This document shows positions 58,393 through 64,000 of a stretch of 64,000 bases of DNA, one piece after another. The position numbers and the translations under genes are program-made. Source of the stretch: a virus (Duplodnaviria; Heunggongvirae; Uroviricota; Caudoviricetes); IMG/VR virus record IMGVR_UViG_2778261638_000005, positions 1 to 64,000 of that record, one strand, 5' to 3'. Each line of letters begins with the position of its first letter. Positions within the stretch are counted from its first letter, which is position 1. The notes below the pieces were generated by a model that saw nothing but the letters and a program-made list of their open reading frames with translations, was not told the DNA's origin and did no database searches.

Positions 58393-59325
58393 TTACCACC
58401 AGTTCAGTAATTTCGGGTTGCTGTAAACCTCTTTAAAAGCTGCTTTAATGTAGCCTTTGGATAGAGGAACGCCTTTCCCGCTGGCAGCCAGCCACGCCTG
58501 ATTCAGCGTATGAGTTAATACACGTAATGCACCTGGTTTTTCCGCGATGCTCTGCATGAGTGATAATTCATCTTCGCCCTCAATGCCCCAGGCTTTCGCA
58601 ATTGCCACCACGTCAGCCTTTTTGGCTTTACGTAGTTGCTTTGTTCTGGCGAAACGACTGAACAAACGTGCAAGGTCATCTGTTCCCCGGTGTGTGGCTT
58701 TGGCTAACTGGTGTGGGTTGCCAATCAATACCATCCCGACGCCGGTTGCATCCTGAATGGCGCGTAACTGCTCCAGCCCGTCCATGCTCAGGTGGTCAGC
58801 TTCATCCACAATAACCAGACCGCGTGTGCCATTCAGTTTTTTGCGAATGGCGCGGGTCAATGCGCCTTTATTCCTTTGCGGATTATCAATTCCCAGCGCG
58901 TCTGCCAGCTCCAGCAGACACTCAGTCACTGTTGAGTGTGCAGGGGAAAGGGTCACCATCCAGGTATTAGATACACGGTTACTGTATTCACGGGCCGCAA
59001 CGGTTTTACCAACACCCGGCACACCAACCAGAACGCTGATACAGCCCATAACACGCACGGTCTGAAACAGCTCGCGCAAATCACGGAGGGTTTGTGTTTC
59101 CACAAGTTGTGGTGCGCCAGGTAACTCCAGACTTTTTTGCCAGCTCTGATGCCACATCAGTAATTTGTCATGCATCCCTTCGGTATCACCTTTGTAACGG
59201 CCTTTGCGAAGTTCAGAAAGAGTGGCCTCCGACACCCCCGCTTCTTTAGCAATAGCGCTTTGTGTTTTTACGCCGTCAGTAATAAGTGTGTTAATCGTGT
59301 TGAAAACATCATTAATATCGGTCAT
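58393..59325 (-). CDS. Transposition ATPase B (MuB-like AAA+), 310 aa
   Basis: N-terminal HTH, Walker A GVPGVGKT, Walker B VIVDEADHL; follows A. Confidence 0.85.
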   Translation of the reverse strand: MTDINDVFNTINTLITDGVKTQSAIAKEAGVSEATLSELRKGRYKGDTEGMHDKLLMWHQSWQKSLELPGAPQLVETQTLRDLRELFQTVRVMGCISVLVGVPGVGKTVAAREYSNRVSNTWMVTLSPAHSTVTECLLELADALGIDNPQRNKGALTRAIRKKLNGTRGLVIVDEADHLSMDGLEQLRAIQDATGVGMVLIGNPHQLAKATHRGTDDLARLFSRFARTKQLRKAKKADVVAIAKAWGIEGEDELSLMQSIAEKPGALRVLTHTLNQAWLAASGKGVPLSKGYIKAAFKEVYSNPKLLNWW

Positions 59326-59398
59326 ATTATTCTCCGTTTATTCAAATCAGCTTTGTTTCCTTCGTTTAACAGTCCGTTCCCGCGGACTGTTTTTTTAT

Positions 59399-61486
59399 TC
59401 AGGCCAGCGGATCATCCTGTTCCTGTATGGCTACAAGCTTCTGCAAACCCAGCCTGAAATCGCGTTCATAATCTTCGTCGTAATCCTCCTCATAATCCTG
59501 TTGCTGGATGGTTACCGTATTGCCAACCGGGCGATAAACATTATCCAGCCAGGGTTCAGCCTGTTTGTGCTCCAGTATCTGAATGCCTTCATCCTCAGCA
59601 TCACGAATTTTTTCCTCAGCACGTTTGCGCATTCCTTTAATACGCTGCTGTTGTTTGTGATATTCAGCACTGACAGCAAAGGCTGCGCGTTTATTGCCGT
59701 TCCATATCGCCTCACAGATAAAGCTGCCGTCCTTGCGACGTACCGTAATTCGCTCGGCGTCATGAATGTCATAACTGATAAGTACTTTGCGACCGTGTTC
59801 GTCACGCAACTCCGGCGCGTAGTAAATATTGTTCAGCCACTGAATTTCGCACCGTCTTACCGGGCGTTCCACCATCGGGCGGAACATGTCGCGCAGCTCA
59901 AGATCACTCAGCCACTCAATTTCGGTGCCTTCTTCTGCCAGGCGTTTTTTTCTGAACTCTGCCGGGCTGTAATGCCGCCCGTTCGGTTTCATTGGCAGCT
60001 CAGAATGCGGGCGGTTGTTGTACCATTCCACGCCTTCACGAATAGCCTCAATAAGCTCCGCCCACGATGGTAGCTCGCGCATTGCAGCTTTCTGGCGGTC
60101 GTTCAGAGGCTTGTCCTGTTGCATGGCGTTAAACGCTGAACGCAGATCACGGTTAAGTACACGCAACGATTCCCGGTCAGCACCCTTGCCAAAATAGGTG
60201 CGATACCTCCTGGCTATACGCATCGGCAGTGTCCGGTTCAGGCGTTCAATAATGCCGCGCCCCTGTGGATTACCGGCAATACCGGTAGGGTGTTTAATCC
60301 CCAGGCGGGGCAGAATACCCACGATCTCTTTGTCCAGTATGTCAGCCGTTTCACCAGAACCATTATCCGAGTAATACAGAAACGGTTTTCCGTGGTTGCG
60401 AATGCCGTGCTGTATCGCACCGGCAACGGCGAACACGTTCTCGGCAAGGTCAAGACTCCAGCCAACAACAAACCGGGTTCCACCGTCGATCACAAATGTA
60501 ACTTCCGGTGAGAATGGACGCCCGTGGATCGGATGTGCACATTTCAGCTTCATACCGTGACCGTCACCAATCCAGACATAATTCACCGGCATAGCTGTCC
60601 AGTCGCGGCGGGTGAATCCTTCAAGCTGACGGTATTCACTGCCGGTAACGCGCCCTTTTTGTTTCACCACTTCCGGCAGTTTTTTCATGGCATACCGGAC
60701 AACATCATAGGAAGGCATCACCTCCAGCATGTATGGTTCGTCCGCATGGCGACGCTGCCAATCAGCGACAAAATCCTCATAGGCTTCAGACATAGGCCTG
60801 CCGTTAGCCTGACGATACTGCGCCAGAAATTCAGGCAGCCAGCTAATTTCTTCCGGTTTTATTTCGTCGCGCTTTCCTGGTGCCAGTAACAGCAGTCGTT
60901 CTGCGGCATTCTGTGCTTTGTTAAACGCAGCTATCCAACGTTTGAGCGTAATTGCGCTCAGAGTTCGCTCTTTTCCTTTACGGGCATTAGCAGTAATGAC
61001 CAAAGATTCCAGGCGTTCTTCCAGGTTACCCTGCGCTAACCGCGACACAATAAAACGTATAGCGCTGGCACAACTGAATCCCGGCTCCTGGCTAATTCGT
61101 AGAACTTCACAGACAAGAGCAATGCGCGCTTCTGCAACTTTACGTTGATTTTCCGTAAGCGCATTCAGACGCTCTTCTACCAATTGTGGCGAACCGCGAT
61201 ATGCCTCAACAGGCTGTACAACATTTTGTTTGCGTTCACGCTTTACAGGAGGCTGGGTAGTTATCTCCCGCGGGGCGCTTGCCATCAGTTGAGCTACATG
61301 TCGCTCACGTAACGCCCGTTGTGTAACCGGAGGGAGGCAGTCGATGCTGTATTCAATGGTTTTTGAACCCGCACGTTTGCGCCTGAAATGCTCAGATGAG
61401 GCCAGTTTCCTTATGGAATACCGCACCCCTTGCGCAGTTCCCGGCATACCTGGTAACCCTACAAGCTCATTAACTGATACAAACAT
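59399..61486 (-). CDS. DDE transposase A (MuA-like), 695 aa
   Basis: Size, position after ner, N-terminal end-binding-type domain, acidic C-terminus. Confidence 0.85.
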   Translation of the reverse strand: MFVSVNELVGLPGMPGTAQGVRYSIRKLASSEHFRRKRAGSKTIEYSIDCLPPVTQRALRERHVAQLMASAPREITTQPPVKRERKQNVVQPVEAYRGSPQLVEERLNALTENQRKVAEARIALVCEVLRISQEPGFSCASAIRFIVSRLAQGNLEERLESLVITANARKGKERTLSAITLKRWIAAFNKAQNAAERLLLLAPGKRDEIKPEEISWLPEFLAQYRQANGRPMSEAYEDFVADWQRRHADEPYMLEVMPSYDVVRYAMKKLPEVVKQKGRVTGSEYRQLEGFTRRDWTAMPVNYVWIGDGHGMKLKCAHPIHGRPFSPEVTFVIDGGTRFVVGWSLDLAENVFAVAGAIQHGIRNHGKPFLYYSDNGSGETADILDKEIVGILPRLGIKHPTGIAGNPQGRGIIERLNRTLPMRIARRYRTYFGKGADRESLRVLNRDLRSAFNAMQQDKPLNDRQKAAMRELPSWAELIEAIREGVEWYNNRPHSELPMKPNGRHYSPAEFRKKRLAEEGTEIEWLSDLELRDMFRPMVERPVRRCEIQWLNNIYYAPELRDEHGRKVLISYDIHDAERITVRRKDGSFICEAIWNGNKRAAFAVSAEYHKQQQRIKGMRKRAEEKIRDAEDEGIQILEHKQAEPWLDNVYRPVGNTVTIQQQDYEEDYDEDYERDFRLGLQKLVAIQEQDDPLA

Positions 61487-61488
61487 TT

Positions 61489-61725
61489 TTATGCCACCTT
61501 ACGAGCGTAACGGCTGGGCCAGATCTCCTCCGGCGCAACACCAATAGCATCAGCAATAATGCGCTCATATTTTGGGCATTTGCGGTACAGGGCATTCTTT
61601 AAAGAATCCTGGTTTAAACCGGCTTCAATGGACAGAGAGCGTAAAGTAAAACCTTTTACATGCACCGCCGCGACAACATGCGCGGGGTGCCAGTCCTGTT
61701 TAACAACTTCATTTATAGACATCAT
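61489..61725 (-). CDS. ner: Ner-like DNA-binding regulator (78 aa from MMSINEV)
   Basis: C-terminal ...EEIWPSRY matches the Ner signature; AAGGA RBS before ATG 61725. Confidence 0.8.
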   Translation of the reverse strand: MMSINEVVKQDWHPAHVVAAVHVKGFTLRSLSIEAGLNQDSLKNALYRKCPKYERIIADAIGVAPEEIWPSRYARKVA

Positions 61726-61865
61726 TCGTTTATCCTTAAAAGTTATCTGCGCGGATAACACCGCCGGATAATCTCTACAGATAAATATTTGATCACTACA
61801 AAAGAAAAGTAAAGGTGTTTTATCTCTTTCTTTGGTTGTTTTTATCTACAAAAGGATATTTCTTT
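61726..61865. promoter_or_regulatory. Divergent early/repressor control region with repeated TTATC/GATAA half-sites (putative operators)
   Basis: TTATCTGCGCGGATAA palindrome at 61733..61748 and further GATAA/TTATC repeats between ner and c. Confidence 0.5.
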
Positions 61866-62450
61866 ATGAATCATATGGTTAACAGAAAAGAAAGAAGCAC
61901 TGAAAAAGAAAGTGATTTTTCTTTTCCTGTGTTTCAAAAAGAAAGCATTAAAGAGCGCCTAGCCATGCTAATGCGCGGGCGCTCCAAGACTGCCGTGGCG
62001 AAGGCGTGGGGGCTACCGTTCTCAACACTTAACAACTACTTTGAGAAAGATGCGACACCATCTCTACAAGTAGCTAGTCAGATTGCTTTTGCAGAAGGGG
62101 TGAGCATTGATTGGCTTGTTTTTGGCAAGGAGGATATAGAACCAATATCACCTAAAATAGATGAAAACGTCCAATTGCCCCTAGATATAACGCTACAGCG
62201 CCTTCTTGCTATACTAAGTGCTTTAGAAGCATCAGAGGCAGAGCGATTATCAAAAATCCTCGCGCTAAATGGAGCTAAGTACTTGTCACGGTTACTTGAA
62301 CCAGAGAATCAAGAACTAATCCAACTTGAAGGACGAAAACGTGCAGCAGCTCTACTTTTAGATCATTTATCGGATGAAAGAGTTAGAGAGATTTTGGCAG
62401 AAATTGAAAGCGATAAACTCTCAAGTAGTTTAGAATCGAAGGCGGGCTAA
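61866..62450 (+). CDS. Repressor c (Mu Rep-like), 194 aa from MNHMVNRK
   Basis: Divergent from ner at the element left end; N-terminal HTH-like segment; AAAGGA RBS. Confidence 0.6.
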   Translation: MNHMVNRKERSTEKESDFSFPVFQKESIKERLAMLMRGRSKTAVAKAWGLPFSTLNNYFEKDATPSLQVASQIAFAEGVSIDWLVFGKEDIEPISPKIDENVQLPLDITLQRLLAILSALEASEAERLSKILALNGAKYLSRLLEPENQELIQLEGRKRAAALLLDHLSDERVREILAEIESDKLSSSLESKAG

Positions 62451-62507
62451 TTCCAATAGCCCGCGGCTGGTTTTTTAACCTGTTTAAAACGTTAAAATCG
62501 CAGAAAT

Positions 62508-62672
62508 CAGTAGTATCAAATATTTTTTCGTTTTTAGCTTTCTTTGCGACAGTAGTATCAAATCACATGTTGTGCGCATAACACTGTTTTACGTCATAAC
62601 TGTTTGTTTTATCCCATCAAATCCCGTTTGATCCACTTTCCTCCCGGATTTTTCAGCAGTATCAAATGATTT
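62508..62672. repeat. Left-end transposase-binding-type repeats (CAGTAGTATCAAAT x3)
   Basis: Copies at 62508..62521, 62550..62563 and 62654..62667 (third is CAGCAGTATCAAAT); reverse complement of the motif at the right end. Confidence 0.6.
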
Positions 62673-63391
62673 ACCTCTCTATAGCACCCGAAACTTCGCC
62701 CTGGTGGATGGTAAACGTCTCTCCCTGTTTCCGGAGGCGTACTCATGGGTTCTGGCTTTGCCTGTATGCTGATCACCGGATCGGGTATCTGCTGTCCGGA
62801 AGCCACCTTTTTCGCCCAATCATCGAGCAGCCTGCGCGCGTGTTTCTCAACCTCAATCTCGCTAAGCTGGCGCTGATACATTGCACGGCGGGTATCACAT
62901 ACGACCCAGTACATAACCGGATGCCGCCACGGGAATCTTTCGGGACCACCAGGATATAAACTTTTTTCCTTGCTGTACCGGTGAAACTCCGTCATCACAT
63001 CGTCAATGGTGACGCCAAGAACCATCTTGCTGTCTTTGCACCACTTGATGAATTGCCCTGGCGACGGCCAGAACGGAGAATCACTGGCGCGGGCGTGGCG
63101 CATACCAGCAGAAACCTGTTCACGGGTTCGGATCCCCCCTTCAGCAAACGCAGCAATCCACTGCTGTTTTGCAGCAACTTCCTGCTCTGGCGTCTTCAGG
63201 TTGGTTACCACTGCCGCCGGAAACAGTTGTTTCAACTGTTTGAAAAGGGCATCAACAAGCCTCTCTGCTGACATGTTCACTACGTTGTCATTGTTGGTGT
63301 ACTGATGCTCATAACCTGACATGCGAGAAAGGGCCTCTCCGTCACGGTTTTGTATTGCGGTAAAAACGTTGTTCACAAGAAATCCTCCCAT
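62609..63391 (-). CDS. Lambda P-like replication protein (helicase loader); 3'-terminal about 25 codons derive from the Mu-like end
   Basis: VSAGMRHARASDSPFWPSPGQFIKWCKD aligns with lambda P VNAGMRVARRQNRPFLPSPGQFVAWCRE (recollection); reading frame runs across the inferred insertion junction. Confidence 0.7.
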   Translation of the reverse strand: MGGFLVNNVFTAIQNRDGEALSRMSGYEHQYTNNDNVVNMSAERLVDALFKQLKQLFPAAVVTNLKTPEQEVAAKQQWIAAFAEGGIRTREQVSAGMRHARASDSPFWPSPGQFIKWCKDSKMVLGVTIDDVMTEFHRYSKEKSLYPGGPERFPWRHPVMYWVVCDTRRAMYQRQLSEIEVEKHARRLLDDWAKKVASGQQIPDPVISIQAKPEPMSTPPETGRDVYHPPGRSFGCYREVNHLILLKNPGGKWIKRDLMG

Positions 63392-64000
63392 GCTTCAGGG
63401 CTGTTCCAGTGCGGAACGTTGTTATCAGGTAATGTTGATTGCTTCTGTCTGCTAATCTGCAGCCGCCTTGCCAGCTTCTGCTCCCACTGTGCCTGATGGT
63501 ATGCCTTACCCTCAGCCATCCAGTAAATTCTGAACTCTGCAAGTTCCTGTGCCGTTGGCAGACTGTCCAGGTAGATCCCCTGCAATGAGCTTTTCCGAAG
63601 AAAGTCATCTGATGGCTGCCATTGTTCATGCATGACAAATTTGCCTAATTGCCCTGGCCCACCAGGAGGAACAAAGTTATTCATCACGGCGTTGTTTGCG
63701 CCGGGGTCATGAGGCACAGAATTCCCGTTTTTTGTCCTGCTCTCCCTCTCTTGGTTAAATGACTGGTTATATGACTGGTTCTGGATCCCGTTTTTGGGAT
63801 CATTCAACATCCCGTTTTTGGGATCATTCAACATCCCGTTTTTGGTTATATTACCGTTTTCGGGAACATTACCGTTTTCGGGTTCATTCCCCCCTTCCCG
63901 GTTGCCTTTAATGTTCCCGTTTTTGGTTATATTAAGAGAGAAAACCCGCACTCTTTTCGTCGCTCCCTTTCTCTCTTCGGTATCTGAAATAAGCCCCATT
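63373..64000 (-). CDS. Lambda O-like replication initiator, C-terminal part (5' end outside window)
   Basis: Immediately upstream of P-like gene; coding region contains iteron array; Asn/Gly-rich repeats encoded by the iterons. Confidence 0.55.
   Translation of the reverse strand, partial: MGLISDTEERKGATKRVRVFSLNITKNGNIKGNREGGNEPENGNVPENGNITKNGMLNDPKNGMLNDPKNGIQNQSYNQSFNQERESRTKNGNSVPHDPGANNAVMNNFVPPGGPGQLGKFVMHEQWQPSDDFLRKSSLQGIYLDSLPTAQELAEFRIYWMAEGKAYHQAQWEQKLARRLQISRQKQSTLPDNNVPHWNSPEAWEDFL
63722..63936. repeat. Iteron array (ori-lambda-type) inside the O-like gene
   Basis: Core CCCGTTTTT(G)G about six times; two full 24-bp units (C/G)ATCCCGTTTTTGGGATCATTCAA at 63785..63832, each an ATCCC...GGGAT inverted repeat; A/T-rich on the low-coordinate side. 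Confidence 0.65.

Larger units (their letters stand above)
25770..62686 (-). mobile_element. Mu-like transposable prophage (about 36.9 kb), inverted relative to window coordinates; boundaries approximate (+/- about 15 bp)
   Basis: Collinear Mu gene order c-ner-A-B-gam-gemA-mor-C-lys-head-tail-invertible fibre-gin-com-mom; terminal repeats of GTATCAAAT-type sites at both ends; TG...CA termini. Confidence 0.85.

Noticed and set aside
25770-62686. Element being phage Mu itself
   Set aside because: B, repressor and end sequences differ substantially from Mu as I recall them, although com and gin look near-identical; called Mu-like
25765-62691. AGGCA / CCCGA as the 5-bp target-site duplication of the Mu-like element
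   Set aside because: The two 5-mers flanking the inferred TG...CA termini do not match; duplication left unresolved
63780-63940. Tandem direct repeats that could be mistaken for a CRISPR array
   Set aside because: Repeat units are adjacent or overlapping with no unique spacers, lie inside a replication-initiator ORF next to a P-like gene, and fit ori-lambda-type iterons

Overview
The window is almost entirely prophage DNA and looks like a composite of two temperate phages, one nested in the other. All calls are from reading the ORF translations and the DNA by eye; no database search was run. (A) Host prophage, 1..~25769 and ~62687..64000, nearly all on the minus strand: lambda-type replication genes (O-like partial with ori-type iterons, P-like), nin-region-like accessory genes (DUF1064-like, two Ea22-like, DUF551-like, DUF2591-like), terminase small and large subunits, a phage-borne tRNA-Arg(UCU) plus a Gp49-like gene on the opposite strand, and a T7-like short-tail virion module (portal, scaffold, 330-aa capsid, tail tubular A/B-like, large internal virion proteins, tailspike with a GDSL/SGNH esterase motif). 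No integrase, Q antiterminator or lysis cassette of this phage is visible in the window. (B) A complete ~36.9 kb Mu-like transposable prophage, ~25770..62686, inverted relative to window coordinates and inserted at the 3' end of the P-like gene: c repressor, ner, A transposase, B, gam, gemA, mor, C, SAR endolysin with spanins, Mu-type head and contractile-tail modules, an invertible tail-fibre segment bounded by gix sites, gin, and com-mom with a three-GATC cluster. Features not explained by gene calls: a repeated promoter/operator-like cassette built on a TTACC-N5-GGTAA palindrome upstream of three host-prophage genes, a 14-bp sequence with a 12-bp perfect palindromic core present on both sides of the terminase operon, and a good-RBS ORF on the opposite strand inside the Mu early operon. 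No CRISPR array and no recognisable defence system was found; the uncharacterised small genes in the Mu early region are the most likely place for one.
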